From positions 1-64,000 of the IMG/VR virus record IMGVR_UViG_3300034063_001922: a stretch of 64,000 nucleotides of DNA. One strand, written 5' to 3'. Made by a program: the position numbers and the translations under genes. Under the pieces are notes generated by a model, which saw nothing but the letters and a program-made list of their open reading frames with translations, made no database searches and was not told the origin of the DNA. This document shows positions 17,305 through 25,661 of the stretch, piece after piece (the first letter of the stretch is position 1; the number at the start of each line of letters is the position of its first letter). Origin of the DNA: a virus.

Positions 17305-17588
17305 TGAGCAACCCCCATAACCACCGTTCCGTCCCAGGCCGCCGACCCAGCTCCGGCAGTTCCAGCCGCCGCAGAGCCGAGTTGCCGGCCTTCTGCCGCA
17401 GCCGCAGCTCCCGCAGCCTGCTGGTGAGCGTCAGCACCCTGCGAACCACCCAGCGCCTGCTGCTGCTGGTGCTGCTGTTTCAGCTCAGCACGTTGCTGTT
17501 GGTGCTGAGCCTGCTGCCAGCGCCACTTCCCTCGCTCCTGGGTGCCAGTGCCCACCACGACCGACAGCTGAAGCACTCCCCATGGTGA
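17304..17588 (+). CDS. Small single-pass membrane protein
   Basis: LPAFCRSR plus Leu-rich LLFQLSTLLLV; homologue at 21145-21453. Confidence 0.6.
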   Translation: MSNPHNHRSVPGRRPSSGSSSRRRAELPAFCRSRSSRSLLVSVSTLRTTQRLLLLVLLFQLSTLLLVLSLLPAPLPSLLGASAHHDRQLKHSPW

Positions 17589-17842
17589 AGACCATCGCTG
17601 ATGACATGGCGGCCCCTGCCGCCCAGGGCCGTCAGCGGGTGTGGGTGACCACTCCCCAGGCCTGCGAAGCCCTGGGGATGAGCCGGGAAACCCTGCGCAA
17701 GCTGCGGCTGCGGGCGGTGCTGCAACCCGGCAAGCACTACCGCCGTTGGGGCTGCACCCAGGGCCGGGGACCGCTGCAGTGGCATCTGGAGAACGTGGAG
17801 GCCACCATCACCGGCTGGAGCCGCCGGCATCTGAGGCCGTGA
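17582..17842 (+). CDS. Excisionase-like HTH protein
   Basis: WVTTPQACEALGMSRETLRKLR...PGKHYRR; 61/69 identical to 20139-20378. Confidence 0.75.
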   Translation: MVKTIADDMAAPAAQGRQRVWVTTPQACEALGMSRETLRKLRLRAVLQPGKHYRRWGCTQGRGPLQWHLENVEATITGWSRRHLRP

Positions 17843-18155
17843 GAACGCCGTTCTCCCTGGCAGAGCGTCGAAGTCCCAGAACCCGATCACACCTCTCCTA
17901 GCCAGCAATGGTGAGGAGGCGGCGCGATCGGGTTTCTGTATGGCACCACTGGCTCTGCCGGTACGGGCGCAGGTCCGCCTGCATTGCGCGCGAGCTTTTG
18001 CTCCGGTCTTGCTCACATGCCCGCTCCAGGCAGCCCGGGATCAAGCACCCATGCCAGGGCACAGCCAGAAGACCTGACCGCAGGTCAGCCATGCCTGCTG
18101 GGGGAGCTGGAGGCCATTCTCCAGGCAGGCACGAAAGGAGGAAGCCTGGATCAAT

Positions 18156-18192
18156 GTGAGCAGGGGAGTGATTTGCTCACCTGTTTGCTCAC
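18156..18192. repeat. TTGCTCAC repeats, candidate recombinase arm sites left of att
   Basis: TTTGCTCAC twice with 12-nt period, inverted GTGAGCA at 18156, another copy near 18009. Confidence 0.5.
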
Positions 18193-18222
18193 ATGACCCT
18201 TGGCCGATCGGTGAGAAGTCAG

Positions 18223-18266
18223 TCGGGGCGACAGGATTCGAACCTGCGACCTAGTGCTCCCAAAGC
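18223..18266 (-). other. att core: duplicated 3' half of tRNA-Pro(TGG), not an intact tRNA
   Basis: Minus strand GCTTTGGGAGCACTAGGTCGCAGGTTCGAATCCTGTCGCCCCGA = anticodon loop, T-arm and acceptor 3' strand; no D-arm upstream. Confidence 0.9.
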
Positions 18267-18393
18267 CCTTGAAAAAGGGTCCTTCAGACCGGCTGCAACG
18301 ACTGGGTTTAATGGCTCAAAACCATTGCTGTTACTGGCTTTTGCCCTGCCAGTCGATGGCGGGCTGTGGCGGCACGTGCCAAGCTTAGAAGGC

Positions 18394-18417
18394 GATTCTC
18401 TTGCAGATTCTCTTGCA
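18394..18417 (+). repeat. Tandem 12-bp direct repeat, candidate integrase arm sites
   Basis: GATTCTCTTGCA x2 between att core and integrase start. Confidence 0.65.
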
Positions 18418-18450
18418 AGGGGTGTCGAGCGTGCCTGATTTCCTGGAGCC

Positions 18451-19704
18451 GTGCCAAAGCCCACCACCGCCCCTCGACCAGCCCGAGAAGCCAAGGACCG
18501 TGGCTGGGTCGCAGCCCTGCGCCTGTCGCTCACGTCAGATCTGGGGCCTCGCAGTGGCTGGACCGTGTCGGAGATGCGTGGGCGCGTTCTGCTGAACGTC
18601 TCAGCATCTGCCGCAGGTGGTGCTCGCCAGCAGCGGGTTTTGCCATTGGCCTGGGCTGCTTCGGAGCGGCAGGGCATCCATGCAGCAATTCTTGCCATTC
18701 ATGCCGATTTCAGCGATGGCGTGCCCCTTGATCTCGCCATCGAAACCCACGCGCGAATCCCTTCAGATGAACCGAGCCCCAATGGGATTGCTGTTTGCGA
18801 GGCAATCAACTGGCCACAACTGATTCAAGGATTCAAAGACCACAAGCTCACTAGTGGGGCAATCAAGCAGAGCACTTGGGATGAGATCTATTGGCGGCGT
18901 ATGGTTGTGATTCTGGATGCAGCTGGAGGCAAGCGACGACCCATCTCATCCAAGCAACTTCTGCAGGCAGTGATTGAGTCATGGAAAGATAGACCTGGAT
19001 CGCGTGGCCGTCAGCTTCAAGTTCAATTCACTGCTGCACTTTTGCGCTGGGGCGTCGATTCGGAACGTCTGCCATCATCATGGGCACCACCCCTTGATCT
19101 CTCTATCTATGTTGGCCGGAAGCGTGAAGAACGAGGGATTACAACACCCATTGAAGCTAGCCATGTGCTCGAGTTGGTCGAGGCTATACCTGATCCTCGC
19201 TGGCGATTGGCATTTCAGCTGATGGCTGGTTACGGTCTCCGGCCAGAAGAACTGCAGCACTTGGAGAGTCGGAAGGGGCAGCTCTGGACGACTTACCAGA
19301 AGGTTTCCAGCCGTGGCAGCACCCGATCCAGGATGCTGCGACTGTTGCCCTGCGACGACTGGGCCCAGGCCTGGCAACTTGTGAATGCATTTCGACCCGA
19401 CCGCATGCCACCGATGCGACCAGGTCATGGGGCCGAGGACCTTGGCACATACATGCGTCGCCGATCTCTCTGGCAACAACTTCGGCGGGACTATGAAGAA
19501 CAAGGCGAAAAGCTGGTCCTCTATTCCTGCCGCCACGGTTATGCCCACCGCGCTCATGTCATCTGTGAGCTCCCGCCCAAGGTGGTGGCAGCGGCTATGG
19601 GCCACTCAGTGGAAACCCATCTTGCGGCCTACAGCCGATGGTGTGGCGATGACGTGGTGGATGACGCTTTTGAAAAAGCGGCCCTAAGAATGAGGAGACC
19701 TTAA
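18451..19704 (+). CDS. int: Tyrosine recombinase / phage integrase
   Basis: YGLRPEEL, YSCRHGYA, MGHSVETHLAAY catalytic motifs; adjacent to att. Confidence 0.95.
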   Translation: MPKPTTAPRPAREAKDRGWVAALRLSLTSDLGPRSGWTVSEMRGRVLLNVSASAAGGARQQRVLPLAWAASERQGIHAAILAIHADFSDGVPLDLAIETHARIPSDEPSPNGIAVCEAINWPQLIQGFKDHKLTSGAIKQSTWDEIYWRRMVVILDAAGGKRRPISSKQLLQAVIESWKDRPGSRGRQLQVQFTAALLRWGVDSERLPSSWAPPLDLSIYVGRKREERGITTPIEASHVLELVEAIPDPRWRLAFQLMAGYGLRPEELQHLESRKGQLWTTYQKVSSRGSTRSRMLRLLPCDDWAQAWQLVNAFRPDRMPPMRPGHGAEDLGTYMRRRSLWQQLRRDYEEQGEKLVLYSCRHGYAHRAHVICELPPKVVAAAMGHSVETHLAAYSRWCGDDVVDDAFEKAALRMRRP

Positions 19705-19711
19705 GCGGCGA

Positions 19712-20092
19712 TCAGTACGGAGCATCTCGTGGTTCACGAGTAAACCGCCAATGCCGTGACTTACCCAAACGAATACCTTCCAATTGGCCCGACCCCTGGC
19801 CCATGGGATCTACGTCCGAACAGCCATGATAGACATCATAGACATAAGAATATTCTATTATTATTCGTCCGGGCTCAACTACTACATCCTCCAGCTGCAG
19901 GTCATCTGGCTCTACATTTACTTCCAGCCCAGAGACATCCTCGTCGAACGACAGGAGATCGAATAGGTCTCTTCTAAGCCGAAGTCTGAGATAGTGACTC
20001 AAGCCATCCCCGCCAGGATTCTTGATTGTGCTTAGGCGCGGGATTTCAAGATCCAAATGCCCCGGTTCCTGACCTCCATTCATTGGATTCAT
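19712..20092 (-). CDS. Small acidic hypothetical cargo protein
   Basis: Lower-GC ORF between int and xis, D/E-rich. Confidence 0.55.
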   Translation of the reverse strand: MNPMNGGQEPGHLDLEIPRLSTIKNPGGDGLSHYLRLRLRRDLFDLLSFDEDVSGLEVNVEPDDLQLEDVVVEPGRIIIEYSYVYDVYHGCSDVDPMGQGSGQLEGIRLGKSRHWRFTREPRDAPY

Positions 20093-20138
20093 TTTGTGCC
20101 GACCTGAAACGCAAGACTCTAGGAGTGGAGTATGAGCC

Positions 20139-20378
20139 CTACAGATTTCTTCGGCTCCAGCCGGTGATGGTGGCCTCAACGTTCTCCAGGTGCCACTGGA
20201 GTGGACCCCGGCCCTGGGTGCAGCCCCAGCGGCGGTAGTGCTTGCCCGGGGTGAGCACCCCCCGCAGCCGCAGCTGGCGGAGGGTTTCGCGGCTCATGCC
20301 CAGCGCTGTGCAGGCTTCTGCTGTCGTCACCCAGACCCGGTGCCGCCCAGATGTGGGTGGAATTGTCTGGTTCTCCAT
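20139..20378 (-). CDS. Excisionase-like HTH protein
   Basis: WVTTAEACTALGMSRETLRQLR; TGATG coupling to the antirepressor gene; convergent with int. Confidence 0.78.
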   Translation of the reverse strand: MENQTIPPTSGRHRVWVTTAEACTALGMSRETLRQLRLRGVLTPGKHYRRWGCTQGRGPLQWHLENVEATITGWSRRNL

Positions 20379-21148
20379 CAGGCCAGCTCCCGCAGCACGC
20401 CGACTACGGCGGGATTCCAGAGGATCTGGTACCCGCTGTGGCCATGCCGGCAGTAGGGCATGGCTTCGGCCCATTCCTGGCCCCGTTGCGTCAGTTCCCA
20501 CTCGTCGCGGGCATTGCGGCTCTGCAAACCGCATGCCGCAAGATGCTGGTTCATCCCCCGGGCCGACATGCCCACCTTCCGACCCAGCTGAGTGGCATTC
20601 AGCGAACAGATGGGCTCATCGGCAGCCGGCAAGGCACGGCGCAGGGTCTCCACTGCCAGGCCGGTGTTTTCCTGGATGCAGTTGAGGGTGGCAGCCATAG
20701 CGATCCCGGCCTTCACGCCGGGCAGCCGGCCAATGGCTTGACCGATCAGCAGAAGAGCGCCGACGCTGTCCAGCTTCTCTGAGGGCAAAGCTGCCGGAGT
20801 GGGGACGGTACCAGCCACGCTGTAGGTCCCGGCCCGACGGATTGTCGGCAGCACCTCGTGAGTGACCCAGCGCTTGAAGCTGTGCGCCTCTTTCTTGCGA
20901 CTGCCCAGCACCAGGTTGTACATCCCTGGCTCATTCACGATCGTCATGACCTGCTCGCCACCAGGGGTGTGAATTGAACTCACACCCTTCTCGTCGTCAT
21001 CAAGCCGCTCCAAGGCCTTGCGGTCGAGGGCGAGCGACGCAAGCAGATCGGCAGCAACAAACCAAGGATCACCCAGCTCATCGCTGATGACCCGGATCTG
21101 GCGGCCCTCATACTCAAAGGGAACGAGGGAAGACGTGTTGTTGTTCAT
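20378..21148 (-). CDS. BRO-N domain phage antirepressor
   Basis: FEYEGRQIRVI..DPWFVAADL...VNEPGMYNLVLGSRKKEAHSFKRWVTHEVLPTIRRAGTY. Confidence 0.92.
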   Translation of the reverse strand: MNNNTSSLVPFEYEGRQIRVISDELGDPWFVAADLLASLALDRKALERLDDDEKGVSSIHTPGGEQVMTIVNEPGMYNLVLGSRKKEAHSFKRWVTHEVLPTIRRAGTYSVAGTVPTPAALPSEKLDSVGALLLIGQAIGRLPGVKAGIAMAATLNCIQENTGLAVETLRRALPAADEPICSLNATQLGRKVGMSARGMNQHLAACGLQSRNARDEWELTQRGQEWAEAMPYCRHGHSGYQILWNPAVVGVLRELA

Positions 21149-21453
21149 CGGTCTGAAATCGGTGAGGAGGTGACAGGCCCGTTGAGGGCTGAGCTGGGAT
21201 CGGGGTCGGGATCGAAGCAGGAGAGGCTGGTGACGGTGGCCGGCGCCAACCGCGGTGGCACGGGCCCAGCGATCACCAGCAGCAGGGTGCTGAGCTGAAA
21301 CAGCAACCCCAGCAACCCCAGCAAGACCAGCAGGCGCACGTTGGCGATGCTGCTGGCCGTGACCATGACGACCGGCCGGCGGCTCCGGCAGAAGGCAGGC
21401 AACTGGGGACGGGGCCCTGCGGCCCCGTTGCTACGCACGTGTGGCGAGGCCAT
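21145..21453 (-). CDS. Small membrane protein
   Basis: LPAFCRSR plus hydrophobic segment; homologue at 17304-17588. Confidence 0.6.
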   Translation of the reverse strand: MASPHVRSNGAAGPRPQLPAFCRSRRPVVMVTASSIANVRLLVLLGLLGLLFQLSTLLLVIAGPVPPRLAPATVTSLSCFDPDPDPSSALNGPVTSSPISDR

Positions 21454-22046
21454 CAGAAGGGGGCCTCGTCGTCGTCATCAACAGCCCACCCCGAACTGCT
21501 TCCGGTCTCCGCGGCACTACCCGTCGTATATCCATCGAGCTCATCGAAGCCGTCGGTGGGGTCGACCTGCTCGTAGGGCACGAACTCAACGACCTGAACG
21601 GCACGCGGTTGGAAGGTCATCCCGCAGCCGTTTTCCCCGTCCCAGTCGTAGATGTCGAAGGCGACGATGACCTTCGAGCCGTTGCCAATGGCGGCACCAT
21701 CCCAGGGTTGCTTCCTGGCATCAACGATGCGCGGCCCCTCGGATAGAGAGCCATCGCGCCGCTGGAACTGCGGAATCTTGAAGCGCACCACGGTGAGCTC
21801 GTTGGGCTTCTCCTTATCCGCCCTCCAGGGGAAGCCCTTCTCTGCCCGGCGCTTGCGGCTGCCGTGAAGAGCGATGAACTGGTCCTCCATCGCAAGCAGG
21901 AAGGATTGGGCCTGCTCATCGCTGTTGGGGAGCAGCAGATCAGCCGTCCAGGCTTTGGGTTTGCTCTTGTCGAGCTGGTGCCTGGGGGTGATCAAGTGGG
22001 CCCAGCGCACTTCGGCGAGGGGGTTGCGAAAAATGTCCTTAGCCAT
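21453..22046 (-). CDS. T7 gp2.5-like single-stranded DNA-binding protein
   Basis: AEVRWAHL..P, PRIVDA, IGNGSKV, QPRAVQVVEFVPY, acidic tail DDDDEAPF. Confidence 0.85.
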   Translation of the reverse strand: MAKDIFRNPLAEVRWAHLITPRHQLDKSKPKAWTADLLLPNSDEQAQSFLLAMEDQFIALHGSRKRRAEKGFPWRADKEKPNELTVVRFKIPQFQRRDGSLSEGPRIVDARKQPWDGAAIGNGSKVIVAFDIYDWDGENGCGMTFQPRAVQVVEFVPYEQVDPTDGFDELDGYTTGSAAETGSSSGWAVDDDDEAPF

Positions 22047-22275
22047 GGGTTGAATCGGGGTGAACGGTGGAAATGGGCTGTTGATCGAACGGGGGAAGGG
22101 GCGGCAAACCAAATCGCTCACGCAGCAGGTGATGCACTGCTCCGCTGGCCGAGAGGTTGTGGCGCTCCATCACCTCGCGGACCCGGAGGTAGACGTCAGT
22201 GCGCACCTGGGTCTGGATGAAGTGGCGGCCGGCCACTGAGCGGGGCTGCTCGCCATATCGGCGCAGGCTGCTCAT
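22039..22275 (-). CDS. Small RHH-like DNA-binding protein
   Basis: VRTDVYLRVREVMERHNLSASGAVHHLLR; homologue at 16392-16661. Confidence 0.6.
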   Translation of the reverse strand: MSSLRRYGEQPRSVAGRHFIQTQVRTDVYLRVREVMERHNLSASGAVHHLLRERFGLPPLPPFDQQPISTVHPDSTHG

Positions 22276-22997
22276 GGCTCTGCAGGCGACTGATCGCCAT
22301 CAAGACCTTGCCCTTGGCACTCCTCGAGGAAGTGGTCGATGAAGGCGGCGTGCTGGTGCTGGGTGATGCGATCACCGATGGAGCGAGCACTGCGCGGCAC
22401 TTGGAAGTGCTCGCGGAACGCCTTGGTCAGCTCCTGGCGAGCGGCCTGAGGCAGGGCGAGGATCCGCTGGTGGGCGGCCTCGATCTCTTGGGGCGTTAGA
22501 GGCTCCAGAGCGACTTCGAGGTCAGCCGCCGGAACAGCCCCTTCCTCCTCGCTGGGTCCAGGCCCAGTCGGAGCATCAGGATGCACGACGATTGCGAGGC
22601 TATTGAGCACATTCGTCTCAGGCTCTACAGGCAAAGCCTGTCTAGCCAAAGGAATGCCCAGCAGCATGGCCAGCATCCAGCCGGAAGTTTTCAGCAAGTC
22701 GTCGACCTGGTCGGCCCACTCCTCGCTGCTGACCTCAGCACCGCCAGCGTGCATCACGGTGACGCGCAACTTGTTGCGGCCGCGGATGTCAACCAGTTGG
22801 GCACTGAAGGCGATGCCTGAAGCAAAGGCTGGTCTGGCTGCTTCGACCACAGCAGCCAAGTCAAGGGATGGAACGGCCTGCACCTGTTCCTGGAAGGAGG
22901 CCAGGGCGGCGGTGAGAGCGCGCTCGGCGCTGCCCTTTCCGTCGAGCAGCTCAAGAGCGTCGATTGGCACGCCTGCGCGTGCGAAGGGTTGAGTCAT
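22272..22997 (-). CDS. Divergent ERF-like protein
   Basis: ALASFQEQV...LAAVVEAARPAF..GIAFS...VMHAGG...LLGIP. Confidence 0.5.
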   Translation of the reverse strand: MTQPFARAGVPIDALELLDGKGSAERALTAALASFQEQVQAVPSLDLAAVVEAARPAFASGIAFSAQLVDIRGRNKLRVTVMHAGGAEVSSEEWADQVDDLLKTSGWMLAMLLGIPLARQALPVEPETNVLNSLAIVVHPDAPTGPGPSEEEGAVPAADLEVALEPLTPQEIEAAHQRILALPQAARQELTKAFREHFQVPRSARSIGDRITQHQHAAFIDHFLEECQGQGLDGDQSPAEP

Positions 22998-23120
22998 GGC
23001 AACTGAGAGCCGGGCTTGTGCCCGCTGGCCCGAGCTTAGCGGCTAGCTAATGCTAGGCGCAAGCCCTATCCATCCTCGGAATCATCCGGGTCGTGGGCGA
23101 CCCCTGTCTGGGCATGCCTC

Positions 23121-23822
23121 CTAGACGGCCAGCGCCGTCAGCTCCCAGGCGCTGATCCACTGTTCGGGCAGGAACTCCTCCCCATCCACCCAGAGCTGAG
23201 CCAGCTCAACCGAGCTGTAGTCGTCGATGGCCAGCACCTCTGAGAAACGTTTCTGGTGCTCCTTCGGTGAACCCATGACCAGATGCTCCAGGGCCTGGGT
23301 CACGTCGAGACCGCCTTCCTTGATGACGCGGCGCACGTGCTGGCGCCACTTCTGACAGATCTCTTCGGCGCGCTTGGGGGTCAGCGTCGGCGCGGGCGCT
23401 GCCTGATAAGACCTGGGCACCGGCGCATAGCCGATGTAGCAGCTCCAGAAGTCGACGGCATCCCAGAGCTTGCCGTCATCCCCGCGCAGGGGCTCGGCGT
23501 CTTTCAACTGCTCCTTAAGGCGCTGGCTTTTCACCCCGGCGAGCTTGCCTGCCGCGTCATCGAGGCGGCGGTTGATCTCTTCGAGCTGGAAGAACGCCTT
23601 CTGCCTCAGCTCGCCGGCTTTGCCCTGCTCGATCACCGAAAGGTTGCCGTAGGAGATCACCTCGAACTCGGCCTCTGCGCCCCACTCGCAGGCGGTGTAC
23701 TGGGTCCAGCCGTTACGGCGCCGCCAGTTGAGCAGCATCTTCCCGAAGGATCTGCGGGACTCGTCCTGCCAGTCCAGGACGGCCTGGTAGGTGCGCTTGA
23801 CGGGCTTTTTTGCTTGTGCCAT
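23121..23822 (-). CDS. XRE-family HTH repressor
   Basis: FGKMLLNWRRRNGWTQYT...ISYGNLSVIEQGKAGELR. Confidence 0.8.
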   Translation of the reverse strand: MAQAKKPVKRTYQAVLDWQDESRRSFGKMLLNWRRRNGWTQYTACEWGAEAEFEVISYGNLSVIEQGKAGELRQKAFFQLEEINRRLDDAAGKLAGVKSQRLKEQLKDAEPLRGDDGKLWDAVDFWSCYIGYAPVPRSYQAAPAPTLTPKRAEEICQKWRQHVRRVIKEGGLDVTQALEHLVMGSPKEHQKRFSEVLAIDDYSSVELAQLWVDGEEFLPEQWISAWELTALAV

Positions 23823-24041
23823 AGCCCAATCCTAAGCACTCCTTGGCACTGCAAGCCAGAGCTTGTTACAGCTTGGCAGGCTGCTTTCGGTAGTTTCCTG
23901 GCTCGGCCAAGAGCTGTTTGACCTGCTGGCCGGTGAGAATCCGGCCCGTCTGGGCCTGGAACCGCAGGGCCAGCGTGTAGGGGTGGATGCGTGGATGGCG
24001 GCGGGCCAGGGCCTGCAGTTGCCTGCGGAGTTCGGGCCTGT

Positions 24042-24419
24042 TCATTGGTCCGACCCGTCCATGGGATTCAGGGCCAGGACCGCCTGGGCCTGTGCAATCG
24101 AGCGGCAGACCGCCCCCACCCCGCCAAGCTGCTGCACCAGCTGCAGAAAGGCCTGCTGCTCAGGGCTGACTGTTCCGGAGCCCGTCTTGATCTCCAGGGC
24201 AACGAACTGGGCGAGCCGCTGGCCGACCAGCTCAGGCGTGATCTCCAGCGAGCGCAGACCGATCAGGTCGCTGCTGCCCTTGCACAGCCCGAAGCGCACG
24301 AAGCGCCCCTGCTGGTCGACCAGGGCGCCGGTGTTGTTGCGCCAGAGCCGCACGGTCCCGCGGCCGCAGGCCAGGCGGATGCGCTGCTGGATCTCGTGTT
24401 CACTGGGGCAGGAGGTCAT
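24042..24419 (-). CDS. VRR-NUC domain nuclease (Holliday junction resolvase-like)
   Basis: EHEIQQRI, LWRNNTG, GSSDLIG, VALEIKT, SPEQQAFL. Confidence 0.9.
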   Translation of the reverse strand: MTSCPSEHEIQQRIRLACGRGTVRLWRNNTGALVDQQGRFVRFGLCKGSSDLIGLRSLEITPELVGQRLAQFVALEIKTGSGTVSPEQQAFLQLVQQLGGVGAVCRSIAQAQAVLALNPMDGSDQ

Positions 24420-24538
24420 GCCTCCTGTTGCCAGACTCGGGACAACGACCACCCTGGCCAGCGCCGTGCCAGGCCACGCCACACTTCAGACGAGCCAGCC
24501 AGGCCTGTCTGAAACTGGCTCCCGACCAAGAGGAACGC

Positions 24539-25177
24539 ATGCCAAGTAGGACAGCGTCAGCCACCAAAGAAATACGTCAGCCATTCACTGGCCACACCTT
24601 CCTCCGACCACTGACGGCTCTAGTCCTGACCTTGCAGTCTCTGCATGGCTGGAGCGATAGCGCGATCGCACAGTCACTTCACTTCACCAGACTGAAGAGC
24701 ACAACTGCGACTTGCACGGAAGCACAATCATCAGTCCAGTCTGAGCTCAGATCGCGAGGCTTCTTCTCTCCCTATCGGGCCAACGCCGGCAGTCGCATAG
24801 CGCGGATGGTGTATCCAGCTATCACGCTCGATAGCACCTCAATCGGCAAGTACTACTTTGGTGCGCCTGCAGGCAGGCCGCAGCAGTTGGATATCAACTT
24901 GTCCGGGGACTCCAACAAGCTTTACCAGGGCCTTCTCTCCTCTCCAGTGTACCTATCCGCTCTTGGTGCACGGATCATGGAAGCATGTCCAGACATTGGC
25001 CTGGTGAGCTTTAATCACTGGCATGAGGGAGGGGTCCCAGTTGGCTTTTTCCCTGATGGTACGGCTCGCACGTTTCAATGGGTAGACCTAGGAGAAGGTC
25101 CACACACGCGCCTGGTCCCAGGCGCGGACGGCATGAATGTCATGCAATACCAATGGGGGTACTACTTCTCACCATGA
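24539..25177 (+). CDS. Hypothetical exported protein (moron-like insert)
   Basis: Opposite strand to neighbours, lower GC, signal-like segment, SSP...ACPD motif; start uncertain. Confidence 0.6.
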   Translation: MPSRTASATKEIRQPFTGHTFLRPLTALVLTLQSLHGWSDSAIAQSLHFTRLKSTTATCTEAQSSVQSELRSRGFFSPYRANAGSRIARMVYPAITLDSTSIGKYYFGAPAGRPQQLDINLSGDSNKLYQGLLSSPVYLSALGARIMEACPDIGLVSFNHWHEGGVPVGFFPDGTARTFQWVDLGEGPHTRLVPGADGMNVMQYQWGYYFSP

Positions 25178-25661
25178 AAACGCTCATCTCTTCTGTCACG
25201 CTTGCATTGACCATGGCGTCCCTGACCGACAGATCAGCTTTTGCGAACGAGAGAGCTTCCGCCTACGAAAGCATCAAGGACCCTCGTTGCCTGAATGCCA
25301 TTCATCAAGTGCATAGCGACATTGAAAACAGGCTGGGCGGAGTCCCGCTGCAGCCTCGCCTATACCAGAGAGGCAACAGCGGATCGTTTTTAACCTCAAC
25401 ACGCAGTGGTCGCGAGGGCTGCAGGCTACTCAGCAGGCGCACAACGCAAACCAGGCACTCACGTCCAGCCCACAGCTCGCCAAGAAATACACCGAGCAAA
25501 TCCTCTCCGCCTGCCCCGATGTAGGGAGTGTGGTCTTCTACATGTGGGAATGGGGAGTTGGGTGGTCAGTAGGCAGCGACTCTAATCTTGTGCAAGATCG
25601 CTGTGTCTACCCATCGCAAGGCAGGTCCTTCTACATCTGGGGTGAATTTGGCTGCACTTAG
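25174..25661 (+). pseudogene. Frameshifted paralogue of the preceding exported protein
   Basis: MKTLISSVTLAL signal peptide; after ~25340 homology (SSPQLAKKYTEQILSACPDVGSVVF...YIWG) continues in another frame to TAG 25661. Confidence 0.65.

Larger units (their letters stand above)
546..18222. mobile_element. Prophage-like element A (no integrase or capsid in window), inverted relative to element B; left end uncertain
   Basis: Xis, repressor, prim-pol, TerS, TerL, sigma, portal, adaptor and LysM genes, most with a homologue in element B in mirrored order; abuts the tRNA-Pro att fragment. Confidence 0.85.

Noticed and set aside
17843-18190. Integrase remnant of element A
   Set aside because: Minus-strand translations show no similarity to the B integrase N-terminus or to recombinase motifs
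18223-18300. Intact tRNA-Pro gene
   Set aside because: Only the anticodon loop to 3' end is present; upstream sequence cannot form the D-arm or 5' acceptor strand
18451-19704. This integrase as the IntI for the cassette array
   Set aside because: Phage-type integrase next to a tRNA att, 10 kb from the array; IntI-specific insertion and motifs not recognisable
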